Source: Podarcis erhardii (Eukaryota). From it: a stretch of 64,000 bases of DNA. Positions 29,301 through 43,634 of this stretch are shown one piece after another. A program made the translations under genes and the position numbers. The notes beneath the pieces were generated by a model. That model saw nothing but the letters and a program-made list of their open reading frames with translations. It searched no databases and was not told where the DNA came from. Every line of letters starts with the position of its first letter. Within the stretch, counting starts at the first letter, position 1. The stretch is taken from NCBI GenBank assembly GCA_964252035.1, contig OZ176203.1. One strand, written 5' to 3'.

Positions 29301-32300
29301 GCCTACACCAAAAAAATCACGCACCCACTGTTGCCTGGGGCTGCAATGGTGCAAAAACGTGGTTACAAAGCATGGATCCACAGGGATTCTCAGGATCTTT
29401 GCATTGGGTCACCCCAAATTCACCATCAGATCACATAGCATGTCCATGGCTACAGCCTGCAACAAAAAAATCACGCACCCACTGTTGCCTGGGGCTGCAA
29501 TGGTGCAAAAACGTGGTTACAAAGCATGGATCCACAGGAATTCTCAGGATTTTTGCATTGGGTCACCCCAAATTCACCATCAGATCACGTGTCTGTGGCC
29601 ACAGCATGAAGCCCAAAAATGATACATCCACTGTTTCATTCAGAATGTTTTTTCCCTTGTTTTCCTCCTCTAAAAATGATGTGCGTGTTATGGTCAGGTG
29701 CGTGTTATAGAGCGAAAAATACGGTATATTTCTATCAGGAATTTTATGAAACAAGTTGTTTGTCTTCCAAAGAATGCCAAAGCAACGTTAGTTGTAAATT
29801 CACTCCTTACCTCCTCTGGGCATAGCTCACAAGCTTTTGCAAGGGTCATTCTTGCACTGTGTGATCTCTCTAGGAAGTAGCCATTTGATGTCTCATTACT
29901 CTGGACCGGAGGAGACCAATTGTTATATGTATACTGTGGATTGCCAGTGTATGGCCTACGTTCAAGCTCATCTCCAAGCCACTCTACTGCCCAGGTCCAC
30001 TTTCTCTTCAAATCTCCATTACTCTGAAAAGATGGGGAAAAAAGCCATTCAATATTTTAAATTTACTTCTAAACACACCTCAGTCCAATGCAGCTTTTTA
30101 AACGGGGTGTATAGTTTCCCATTCATTACTCTTGGTTTTTGTAAAACAAAAAACCAAAGCAAACAAAAAAATACTTCAGTAAGGTCCCTACAGTTCTATT
30201 TTGTCATAGATGCTTTAGTTGAGATACCTCCATTGCAGGGTGTTCGACTTGATAATCCCTTCCAATCCTACAATTCTGATCTAATTTTATTTCTATGAGG
30301 GAATAGACATTTGCTCTTGGTGGTGTTTTCCCCAATTTATTTGGATAAAATATACAGTGGTACCTCAGGTTACATACGCTTCAGGTTACATACGCTTCAG
30401 GTTACAGATTCCGCTAACCCAGAAATAGTGCTTCAGGTTAAGAACTTTGCTTCAGGATGAGAACAGAAATCGGGCTCCGGCGGCGTGGCAGCAGCAGGAG
30501 GCCCCATTAGCTAAAGTGGTGCTTCAGGTTAAGAACAGTTTCAGGTTAAGTACGGACCTCCGGAACGAATTAAGTACGTAACCAGAGGTACCACTGTACA
30601 AGACCATGGCTTTATCTTAGTGACTCTGCAGAAAGAGTTCTATTATAACTAAACTTGGCTCAGTCCTGTCCCTCTCTTCGTAGCATTAGAAAAATAGAGA
30701 AAGTAATTTTTTTTTGAGATAAAAGTAATTACCTGTAAAATCTGGTAGGCTACTGGACAGTTGCTGAAAAGAGCTACCATACACTTTATACACTGGTAAG
30801 CCCTTTTCTGATAATGATTCTTAGAGCGTTGAATGGTATCAAATAGCCCATCCCGGTCATCTGGAATTCCTTTAAGTGCATTGTGAATCCTAAGAGAATC
30901 CCAAACACACCAAAAAGTCAGAATTTCACACATATAAACATGCATGTAAATGTCAGCATCATAAAGGGCTAGCATTAAAATGTTGCACAAGCTCAGACCC
31001 AGCAGATCCAGATAATCAGTGTCTGTACTTGCAAAACTGTGGGTGTAAGACACAATCTTAGGAGATGCATGCTCCCTCTACTCATAACAAGATGGAATGT
31101 CTCTGTTCTAGGATCTTGCCGTATCATTACAGAGTACCAGTAGTTGTGAAGCACTGTCAGTGATATTTTTTTTATTTACTTCTTTACACCCTCTTCTAAA
31201 AGGGTGACATCTAAATATGCAGAATGTGTTCATTTTCTCACTTGGTAATCACCATTATAGCCTATACCAGATTTTTTTAGGGCCCATGCAAAGTGACCTC
31301 AGGTCTCCATTTCTGCCAAAGCTTTCCTGAAACCAGCTGCTGTTTCTCTACCATAAACTCCCTCCACTCCCCTGCAGAAATAAAATTAAAAATCCTTTTG
31401 AGCTATAGCCAGAATGATTTTTATAGCAGATTGATTCACGCAAAATAGAACAGTCAACCAATTTAATAAGGCTCAGTGTTTATATAGCAGTTTCCCCAAG
31501 TACTCAAAACAGTTTCCCCTCATCTCAGTAGTCCTTCTTGTCTTCTCCCTGGTAAAGTATGCCACCATGATCAACGTCCACCCAGAAACCTATGTCCCCA
31601 CTGTGGAAGGATGTGTGGATCCAGAACTGGCTCCTCCAGTTACTTATGGACTCACTGTTAAGACTGTGTTCACAGAAGACAATCTTACTCGCCTACGAGT
31701 GATCGCCAAAGAAGGGACACCAGTATTATCACCCCCATGTAACAGATGGGAAGCAGAGAAGAGAATAATGCTTTATCCAGAACAACCTAATGCATTCTCA
31801 GAGAAGGTAGCTGAACCAAGGAATTAACAGCTTAACAGTTTTAACAACTAAACTCATCTGTATAATTTAATTTAAAGTAACAATTGCACAAAAACCTTGC
31901 TAGCTAATTTATCATATATATCACATCTCTCTCTCTTTCTCTCTCTCTCTCTCTATATATATACACGGTATATAGAATACATGACCATTTGGCAGTCCCC
32001 ATATGCTCTGTTAACAGTCACTTTGGATATGGCTTAAGGTACTTTATTGTTTCCAGTAGGCAACTAAAATCTGCTATGTCTCCATGAAGCAATCACAAAG
32101 ACTTTCACACAGAAGCACCACATTATTAATGCAAAAAATGCAGAACCCAAAAACACAAGAGCTAACCTGTGAGTCTGCCAAGAGTCCTCAATTAGCAAGA
32201 TTTGCAGAAGGAGATCCAAGTACGGTCGAAGTTCATATGTGTATGAATATGCAACCTTTAAAAAGTGGAATTTGAGGAAAATATTAACATGCAATTAATG

Positions 32301-34445
32301 ATTATTTAAGTGTGTAGTACAGGAGAATTCATGCTATGAATAACTGGATGGGTACAGTATTATATTATGAATGAGCTTTCGTTTCAACGCCGCAAGCCAA
32401 GGAAATATTTCTGTTAAATTAGGCTTTATCATTGAAAGAGCATTCATTTTCTCTGATGGTGACTTTTTTTGAAGTAACCACTACTTGTTGCAATTCTAAA
32501 GACTAAGAGGGTGAAAATCAAGGGACAATAACCTCTGCACATCAACCTCTTGAATAAAACACACCTTTCCTGACATTTTAATCATCTTTTACCTGCCAAA
32601 GTAGTTCACTAAGGACTGTAGATGAAAACTGAGGATTCTCCCAACAGCAGAAGCGAAGTAGTTTGATGGTCTCTTCTGAGTTACTGCAGTCTTCAATTAT
32701 TTTTTTCACATAACTAGTTCGCACAAACAAGATGTCTGCCACATTCTGCTGAAGTGCCATTATAGGCTGTGATAAATTAGTATCACCATAAGGGTTGCTA
32801 AGTGGAGGATTACCTAAAAAGAAATGTTGTTATATTATTTTTTATTTGAACTACAGAAACCAACAAGGTACTATTTAATGCCATCTTTTTAATTACTTCA
32901 CAGAACATGTGAAGTACATTACATATATATGTGAAATGTCTCTTGTTCGATTATGAAAATTGCTATTCTATAAGTATTCACCTAGGCCAAGTCTGACAGA
33001 TGCAGATTAAACTTCTGATGTAACAGTTATGATCACTGTAAAGCATTGCAGCTGGTTTTGTAAAACATGGGGTTTGGTAGTATTCCTTAGTGAAAAATCA
33101 AAGCCTGTACAATTAAACAAGGTTTTTTAAGACTTCCCTTGGAATAGGCTTAACTTGCACTACCAAAATATGGAATGGTTGTGTCACATGTAGACACATT
33201 TAAGAGAACCAACCTTTGCGCATACAATTCTGGTAATACAGAAAATCCTCAACTTACATGGAAGGTTACATTCCTAAACTAAAAATCAAGAATGTCAAAA
33301 CACATTGGGTACAATGGCAGGTGGGATTGCCAAAGTCTTTTCTCCTGAATGCCCATCTCCTTTCTAATTTCTTTTTTTAAACAATGCCAAGCATGGAAAG
33401 CTGAACAAGCACAACTTAAACGTGTGTAAGTTGTGAGCTTACTGTATTTTAATGATATGAAACTTTTCCAAATCTTTAAGTAAACACAGACCAGTGTAAC
33501 AGACAAAAGATTAGTGAGATGCTATGATGAATAATAAACTGCCACACACATTTAATCACAAATATATTCTGTTTAAATGTTCCAGGGTTAACAGTACCAT
33601 TGATAGAAGACTGCATACGTGATGACACATTGCAACAGCGGATTAACTGGGACACCACAGTATATAGTTTGCCTAGTTCAGCATACTGGTATTTGATTGG
33701 AGGACCTGGGCCTTCATCCAGTGCCACAAGCATAAATGTGGCAGGTACATTTAGTTTTAAAAGCTGTGTTTTTTCTGCTACACCTAAAGGGAAGTTGGAA
33801 AAAGAGGAAGAATAATGAATACATACTTAGCTACATTTAAGCTACTGAACTGAATCATATAAACAAAAAATATTCAGATAACTGTTCACATTGGGAAATC
33901 CATAAATGGGCATTTACTGTGAATACAATACTCCATGCCTTCAACAATCCAGCCAGAATCACTCAAAACCTTTCTGATTCAACAAGATTAAGAACGCATC
34001 AATTATCTGCTGAGGAATAGCTCTGGGGAAAAACCAACCAACACTCTTTTCCCTTGCAGCTGTGGGATCATGGAAAAATTGGTGGTGGTGGGTAAACTGC
34101 CTTCCAGAGAAGACTGTCCTGCATTAAGGGATCCCCAGAGCACAGGCCGAAAACCACTGATTTAAGCTATTAATAACAATTTGTGCTGCATCATTAAGCA
34201 TTCAATGGGCAAGAGTCAAGACTATTAAGTAAGTGCACTGACAGAACAACATGGACAAAGCCTTTAGGGTGAAACAAACATCACATTACCTAAGTTGGCA
34301 TACATCACAAACAAGTTGAAATATTGCTGCAAATGGCGCCCGTGCTCAGACACTTCCCTTCGAAGAAGATTCAGTACTGCTCTCAGCAAATGGTCGCTCA
34401 AACTTAAATTGTCATAGGCCTATAAAACAACACAAAGGTTGATGA

Positions 34446-34478
<33 letters not shown>

Positions 34479-37400
34479 TATACATGTAAAGCTGCTTCAT
34501 TGCAGCCTGTTAAAAGACCAGCTGAACGTAAATTCTCGAACCAGAATGAAATGCAACTTTTATTGTTTAATTATCAGAACTAATGATATCAAATTCAATT
34601 CCTGAACTATTCACTGTATCAAATTTCTGTGGTTAAAATGTTTTATCCTATACTGAATAATAGAGGAATGTATCACACATTACTTAGCAGATTAAGCTGG
34701 GAGAGGCAGGGGTGCTAAATATGAGACCAATTCAAACAGTAACCTTCAGGAAGGTAGTCAAGAACATAGCAGAAAGACCAAATAAATAAATAATTCTGAA
34801 ACCAGGGGTGGGAAATTGTTTTGAGCCCAAGGGTTGCAACTCCCTCACTACCAAACTTCCAAGGGTCTGGCTTCTCTCACCCTGCCCCTTGCTGCAAGGT
34901 ACAACTGGCTTCTCTTACGGTTCCCACGGCTGCTTCAGGAATGCTTGGGTGTCTAAAGATAGCTGAGCACTGGCGATTATCACCGAATACTCTTGGGGTG
35001 ACGGTTTACTTGGGAATTACAGTAAAAGCCACATGTAGTGCCTCAAAGGAAGGAGCAATTAAATTTTGCAGAAGTGGTGGAGGAAGCCAGGAGGAGAAGC
35101 AGTGAGCAATGGTGTTTCCTCGCCCAAGCAGCAACACTTCTGTGGCCACAAAATGTGTTGGGGGTTTGCATAAAAAGCCTTTGTGGGCCAACAGTTCCCC
35201 ACCCTGTGCTAAATGGAGATTAATTAAATCACCCTTATACAAAAATTCTATTATATCAATTTATATTTAGACTATATAGAATTTAACAGCTCTCTGATTG
35301 TATTCTGATTGTAGAAAAAGCATACCTGACTAGAAGGTCCAGGTGAAGCAAAAGGTGAAGGACATGGTCCATCTTGCAATGAAAAATGTGCAATAAATAC
35401 TATCAGTTTTGCAAATGCTCCCCTCACTTCAGCACTAGGGCATTCCAAAAGGTATTCGGAGAAGCGATTTGAAACATTGAAAAGGACATTGTGCGCAAAC
35501 CAAAAACGTACATTCTTGCTATGACGAAGGAGAATGCACAAAGCATCATACCTGGAAAAAAATAAATTAATGGCATCACATACCCAGAAAACAGGCTTGT
35601 GTATAAAGGTGGACACTTCCAACTCCAGCACTGCATGTTAGTAGCAGGAGCTTTGTTAACCATGATTAATATGAACCAGGATTCCTTATTAACCCAAGTT
35701 TTAACCAAATTAAAAACAACTAGAAACAGTGGTTTTGAGGCTCAGTTTCAATGCACTGTTATTTCACATTTTGAATGATTAAACTGTACCATATAATCAG
35801 TACAATAAAACTTATGACTGTCAAATTCTTCTTAAAGGAAAATATACCAGTCACTGGCAGGACCACGGACAATTTTCTTTGTGTGAAACCCTGTGGTAAA
35901 GAGAAACCTAGCAGCAAGCTGAACACCAATCATGGTTATTTCTTCTGCTTCAGGCAATAGATGATCCTGTCCTAAAGAAAAAGAGAACACAAAATGTTAA
36001 GACATTTGTTTGAAAGTGATACAACAGATTATTCCGAGTTGTTTGTCAACCTGACTCTCAATATAAATCTTAAATTATTAGAAATTTATTATATTTTATG
36101 TAAACCTCTCAGAGATTTCTTTTTATATTAAGTGATATGTAAATTTTATTTTTAAAAAACCAGGAAAGATATTTAAGAGAATTCCATACTCAAACTTAAG
36201 TTGTCAGCCAGAATAGCTAAACATTTTTTTCTTGTGATCTATAAAACAGTTGGACTTACAGACCAGTTAGACACCAGTATCTTTTTTGTTGCATTTATCG
36301 GCCAAATACGTTTTTTAAGCAAATGTAAATAATGCTTAATACCAAGGAAACAGCAACCTTGTCTTTTCTATCGCTCTTACATATTAGAAAATGCCTGAGA
36401 AACAATAGTCTCTTATCCAAATTTGTAATGTTTAAAATGACACATAAAAATATGAGAAATGTTAAAAGCTATGTACTTTCACTACCTCGTCAAAATTTAT
36501 TATAAATATCCAAACACTAACCTGGAGGAGGATTTAGATAGACACTGTTACAAGTCAGCAATTTCTTTATGAACTGGAAATATTCTAGGCTGTACTGCAT
36601 TCGGTTATGCATGAACTGGACATTTTGCTTCCGCACACTTCGCTCAATGGCAGATGGCATTTTAATTTGATGGGGTTTAGTGGTCATTGTAAGTTCTGAA
36701 ATATATTTTATTAGTTCATTGTCTCTGTCTACTGTGTCCATACGTTCATAAAAGAGAATGTAAGCATTCCACCACCTCTTCTGACGTCTGTAAGACATGC
36801 GCTTCATCATATGGTCAAATACTTCTCCCATGTACTCTCCACCAAAACACTGATTTTTCATTTCTTCATCATCATCCATTTTGCATTCTGTTACGTCACC
36901 ATCATCAAATTTATACCACCTGTTTTTCTCACCATCTCCACCATTTCTCTGAATTATGTAAGAGTAGTAATGTCCACCACTGGCTTGACCACTGTGCACC
37001 AATACACCAACAAGTCTGTATTTAGTACTTCCAGAATGCTCATTTTCAGACTGTTCATTCTGTATCAGCTGATTTTCAGGATTTACATCATCCCCTTCTA
37101 GTTTAGCTACTCCTGCCACTGTATAAGGTTCCATGTCCAACTCTCGCGGAAATTCAAAATAGTCATTGAACTTGATTGCACATTCCCTTTCCCAGTCATA
37201 GTCAAATCGTTTTAGTTGGATGGCAAGAACTGGGGGCAACTTTTTAATTAGCAAGCGTTTAACTGTATCAACCTAAGGAATAAAAGATTCACATGTTAAT
37301 GTATTCTATCTGTGTAAATTATCAATGCCAACTACAAATGCAAGTGAAAAATACTGCCACAATTCTTTGTCAAAGTGCTATAATATACCAAGTAACTATC

Positions 37401-40400
37401 AATACATTATGCATTGCACATCACAGACAAATTTGATATAATACTGAAAAGATTGGTTTGCAGCTGTAACAGTCCTTCCTGAATTGTGGTTATGAAGTAT
37501 GTAACTGTTCTCCTACACAATGAAGCCATCTAAAATGTTTCAGGCATGGCCAAACTTGGTCCTCCAGCTGTTTTGGGACTACAACTCCCATTATCTCTAG
37601 CTAACATGACCAAGTTTGGCCATGCCTGCATTAGGTCTTCCAAAATTAAATAAATAGTTGACACGTTCATATGAATTTTCAAAGGTTTTTTTTATAAAAA
37701 GAGAAAAAGGAAAAAGAAAAATGCTGTAATTCCGTTACCTTCTTGTTGCATTTTTCACAATGATATGCATTTGCACCTTCCAGTAAGTCTCCCTTGACGT
37801 ACTGTTCCAAGGAGTCAAGCAGGTTTTGGTGATTTCTTATATCTACATTCAGCGTTGTAAAAGATTCTTCACATTCGTACCTATTAATTGGCAGATTAGG
37901 TTAAGTTATGCTGACATAGTAATAGTATGAATTCAAGAAAATATTTTCATCCTGAAGCAATGTTTTGAAAACAGTACCAAAAATGTGTATTTTAAGTGTA
38001 CAAAACGCTCAAGAAATCTGTTCCATAGAGGTTATAAATATGCTTATGACATTTTTTCTCAACTATCTCAGCACAACTTTATCAGTCCTGAAAAATAGCA
38101 ATGGACACGAGTGGATGATGACCAGCACCAAGACCTTCCTATCAGTACCCACAACTGTGCTGTGTGAACAAGCCAAGCAGCAAGTCAGTCTCTGAATCTG
38201 GACGTAAACTTTGGTAGGGAGTATTGTACATCTTAATCTGAAAATGTAAAATATCATAAAGTCTAGTATTTTGAATACACTTAAGGAACATTTAGGGTGC
38301 TTCACTATTATTTGGCATTTACACAGCCTCAGCTTTCAAAAAAGCATTTTGAAATTTCACTCTAGATATAGTACCGTATTTATTTTGATCATATTACAAA
38401 TTCATTCTCCAGTTGCCTTTTGTAACCAAAACAGCACAATCCATGTACAATAGGGAGATATTACAGGCTCTAAAAATGACTTTAGGACAAAACTCTTTAA
38501 GGGGCGGCGGGAGACGATGACGACCCAAATTAATAAGGTCTAATAAGATCAAAAACTCTGTGCATCTTGGGGTGGGTGGGTGCAGAATGAAGTATCCTGG
38601 AAAAAGGCATGCCTGGCTGGCACCAGAAGAGGAGTGCTCCATACTGCACCATTTTGTTGCAAGTCCATCTTGTCAAACCAAATGACAAATTACAAACGTT
38701 AAGTGTGGGCTCACAAAAGCATGTTGCCTTGAGTGTCAGCAGCTATAGCCATAGAGTTGCCTAGGCTTCTCTGGGGATGTCAGCACGAACCAGGCTATAC
38801 TCAGATATGTAACATCTGGTGATTGCCGTCTTAATTACATCAGAAAATGTGTGTCTTGCTATCATAGAGCTGTCTCTGAATTTTTTTTGGAAACTTTGGT
38901 TGATAACTTTCCTCAACATGGCTCAGAACGTTACATCAGCTCTATTTAGAGTAACTTGCTAATATGAACCACTCCTAAATGGTCTCTGTACTTTTCCATA
39001 AATGGGAGACTTGTAGCATATTTTTAGTGAATGAGCATTACTACTTTGATTTTATGAAAATGAGATGATAGAGAAGAAACACTTACCTATGTGGGCAGCC
39101 TTGACAGATCTTCTGATCAGCAAAGGAGCCTCCCAAAACTTTACTTAACATTGCTGGGTGACCCAAGGCTTTTAAAGCTTCATCTAGGCTATCCACCAAG
39201 GAGTTAAAAAATTCTAAAGCATCATGCTGTTCACGTAGATTTACAGGCTCACCCCAGAGTCTAGGATGGAAGAGATTCTTATAATAAAAGCACACAGATT
39301 TTCTAACAGCAAAATCAAGTAGTATGAAAAAATTAAAGTAGTTTACATCACTATTATATAAATTTATCTTCACATAAGCTGAGCATTACAATTAGCTAGC
39401 AATCCTCATAAGTGCTGCACAGCTTGTAAAATGCGTAACCTAGTACTCTGGCTTACTCGGGGTGGCACTCAGCATACAGAGATAGCAGACTGGCGGTGCC
39501 CATTTGGGGAACCACAAATTGAACACCGATAGACAAATCACTTTGCACTGCCTTCCCCTTACTGAGGTGAGGGAGGAGCGATGTGAAATGTATTCTCAAA
39601 ACTGGATGAACTCTGAAACTGGGGGGAAATGACCCAGCTCTACTTCAGATATAAAAAGGCTAAATGTTCAGCGTGGTAGAGATATGAGCCTTAAGGCCCT
39701 GGAACCATTAATGTTTACCTGGGCCTGAAACTTGGGCTCTTACTCAAGTGCTCCAGCCACCTCCTCCACCAGTAGACGACTCTCATGAGTGGGGCTTGCT
39801 CATATAGAAATGTATAAGCCTAAGTTCCATTTCACACTGAAGACTTTTGCCTATTGTAGAGGAGGATAAATATGGCTTGTTCCTGCCATATTTACACCCT
39901 ACACAGAGGAACACAGGAAGCTGCCTTATACTGAGTCAGTCCACTGGTCTATCTACATACTTGTCTACACTGACTGGCAGCAGCTCTCCAGGGTTTCAGG
40001 CTAAGGTCTCTCCCAGCTGTACCTGGAGATGCCAGGGATCAAACCTGGGGCCTGCATACAAAGCAGGTGCTCTTACCCCTCAGCTATGGCCCTTCCACTC
40101 AGCCCATTCTGAACTAGCCAAATATTTTCATCTATACAATAATTTTGGGGTTTCCTGACCTTGCTTTCTGCATGATTAAAAAGATACATATCACACTGTC
40201 ACTTAAGGAGTACCGTATTTTTTGCCCTATAGGACGCACTTTTTCCCCTCCAAAAATGAAGGGGAAATGTGTGTGCGTCCTATGGGGCGAATGCAGGCTT
40301 TCGCTGAAGCCTGCGCAACCCTCGGGAGACCGGCGCGACTTCGCGCCAGTCTCCCGAGGGTTGCGCAGAGCTGCCTGCATTATGAAGCCTGGGGCGCGCT

Positions 40401-43400
40401 GAAGAGCGCGCCCGGGCTTCGCGCAGCTCTCTGCAAGCCTGGGGAGACCGGTGCGGCTCCCTAGCCTTGCGGATAGCAGGCTGTTCTGGGGGCTGGGGTC
40501 GGGGGAAGCTCGGGCTCTCCCCGCGCCAGCCCCGTGCCTGGGGAGGAATTTTTTCCCCTCTTTATTCCCCCCCCCCCAAAAAAAACCCCTAGGTGCGTCC
40601 TATGGGGCGGTGCGCCCTATGGGGCGAAAAATACGTTATATATTAAATTCCACTGCATTTAATTAAACATATACTGTTTCTATCATAAGACTTCACATAA
40701 ACACTGTTCAACATAAGTTAATTTCCTATTTACCTGAATTGCTTCCAAAACCCTCTGGGTACATAGTACTGTAACCTAGAAGCTGCTAAGTGACCAAAGA
40801 TGACCTGGAGATGTCTTAAGACGCCTATGTTGTATTCTTTTCTGTCTTCTGTTTTACTTAAGCTTGGTTTATCTTCATACTGATGTGGATAGCCAAATAC
40901 TTCATCCCGTGGGTCAACATTGCTCTTTTAACATTAAAAAAGTAATGTAATATAAATGGTAAGCATGAAAAAAATAAATAGAAATTAATATGCCTTATGA
41001 ACAGAACCTAGTAATGTCTGCTAGAGAAATAACAGTAGTAGCTAAGATTAAATGCAAGTACATATGAAACCCTATGAAGGTTCTAACATCAACTAAAGCA
41101 GTTCAGTTCCAAAGTCCAGGTGGGCAACCTAAAGATTCTCATACATACGCAACAGGATTGTTCAGCTTGCGATTTTTACAGATATGGAAACAGACACCAG
41201 TCTTTTCCAAATACGTTTTTCAGTAAGTCCAAAACAGCACGACAGTGCCATGCATAGGAAGCTCCTCTTACCCTTGTGAGAGGCTTTTCAAAGGACTAGA
41301 AAGCCATATTGCACCCACTTGCTTCCACCTATGTATGTGGACATCTATACTCATGTACAAAAACAAGACTCAAGGGAAGCAGCCCTCATGGTTTTTTTTT
41401 TTACTCTTTTTTCAGAGTAAATATAATCAAGATGATTTATTGTCATTATACTTTTATCCTATTACCCATTATAATTGACCCTTATTACTAAATCTCATAT
41501 ACCGAAAAGGGGGAAATGTTATTTTAATTAATAACAACCACCAAAGAGTTATTGTTATTACTTATTGACAATAATAAGTGTCTTATGGCACTTTAAAGAC
41601 TAACAAAAAGCTTCTGCCGTAATCAATATGCTAGTCTTTAAGGTGTCGTAAGACTGTTTTTGCTTAAGAAAACTAGCACATCAATTATTCAAAAATTGCT
41701 ACATTTTACTGAAAATACGCTTTCTACAGCTGTCAATATAAAAGAAAACTGCAGATTAATTAATAAAAAGCTAAATAAAATGTATCACTAACATTATTAA
41801 AGAATAGTTCCAGAAATCAATTGAACTACTCTGAGTATGAGCTTACTTGGGTGTCACCCAATGGGTTGAGATCTTTGTGTTTAATTAAACAATAAAAAGC
41901 AGCATGGGACTACCAACTTTCTATTGCTTATTTATAGCAATATCAATTGTTTTGATAGTGGGCATTCTATTGTGTTGCACCAGTTTGGAATTGTTCTCTG
42001 GTTTTCACAAACAGTATCACTTTATGGTCCATGACTTTTTATTTCTTTTTAAGTCATCTTTCAATTCTGAGTATGTGAAAAGTTGAATATCTCACATTAT
42101 AACTAGACATACAGTATAGAGCTATGGGAGGAGGGAAAGTCTTAAACTACATAAAAATTTGTCAAGAACAATATAGTGTTACCTCGTTGTCTTGCTTCTC
42201 ATCTCCAGACATATCATCATCTACGTCACTTCCTGTGCCTTCAATTGCAAGGATTCCATTCCTGATGGCAGGAATCATGTACAGCTGCTGAATGACAGAA
42301 TTCATGTAGCAAGTGGCACCTGCATTTTTTAGCCCTACAAATCCCTTTGGTGGTCGTGGTCCAACAGGTGGAAGATACTCCCATTCTGTTAGTGCTTCAC
42401 AAGCTAGGAGAAATCAATTGTATTCGAAAATTAGCTCAGCTTCTGAATAAAACTATACACTTCTTAACAGCCATTAGCTTAATACAGTGGTGCCCCGCAA
42501 GACGAATGCCTCGCAAGACGGAAAACCCGCTAGACGAAAGGGTTTTCTGTTTTGGAGGTGCTTTGCAAAACGAATTTCCTATGGGCTTGCTTCGCAAGAC
42601 GAAAATGTCTTGCGAGTTCCTGCGGGTTTGTTTTCCTTTTCACCCCCTTTTTCTAAGCCGCTAAGCCGCTTATCAGCTGATCCGCTAAGCCGCTTATCAG
42701 CTGATCCGCTAAGCCGCTAATAGCGCTAATCTGCTAAGCCGCTAATGGGCTTGCTTCGCAAGACAAAAAAAAAAACGCAAGACGAAGAGACTCGCGGAAC
42801 GGATTCTTTTCGTCTTGCGAGGCACCACTGTACCCTAGTACTGAATAAGTTCATTTCAAGGCCTGTTCAAGTGATCAATGAGACTTAAGGTAAAGGTAAA
42901 GGAACCCCTGACCAATAGGTCCAGTCGTGACCGACTCTGGGGTTGCGCGCTCATATCGCTCTATAGGCCGAGGGAGCCAGCGTTTGTCCGCAGACAGCTT
43001 CCGGGTCATGTGGCTAGCATGACTAAGCCGCTTCTGGCAAACCAGAGCAGCACAAGGAAACGCCGTTTACCTTCCCGCTGGAGCGGTACCTGTTTATCTA
43101 CTTGCACTTTAACATGCTTTCGAACTGCTAGGTTGGCAGGAGCAGGGACTGAGCAACGGGAGCTCACCCCGTCGCGGGGATTCGAACCGCCGACCTTCTG
43201 ATCGGCAAGTCCTAGGCTCTGTGGTTTAACCCACAGCGCCACCCGCGTCCCAATGAGACTTACTAAGTATATATTCTTATTCCAGTCCTTGGCACACAAA
43301 ATCTCAGATTTGATATTTGCATTTAATCAAAATGAAGCCTACAATAAAAAGCAGCTAAAAATTGAGTACCCCTTAAATCAGGGATAGTCAACATGGTGCC

Positions 43401-43598
43401 CATCAAGTGTTTTGGACGCTATAATGCCTACTCCTGTTTTAAATAACTATACTATTTAGAGATCACTAGCATTATTGAGAGATTTGTATTAGCTTGCTTA
43501 TACTAGGCCTGTAAACAAATGGGACAGGATTCAAAGATCTATGGTGGGTCTTAGCACCAATGGGAGCATCCTTCCATGTATTTTCCCTGTCCCCCCCA

Positions 43599-43634
<36 letters not shown>

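Noticed and set aside
28896-29588. 154-bp repeats as a CRISPR array, or the overlapping ORFs (28897-29710) as repeat proteins
   Set aside because: The units are contiguous with no unique spacers, in a eukaryotic intron. The 154-bp period is not a multiple of 3, so the same peptide rotates through frames, which marks a non-coding tandem repeat.
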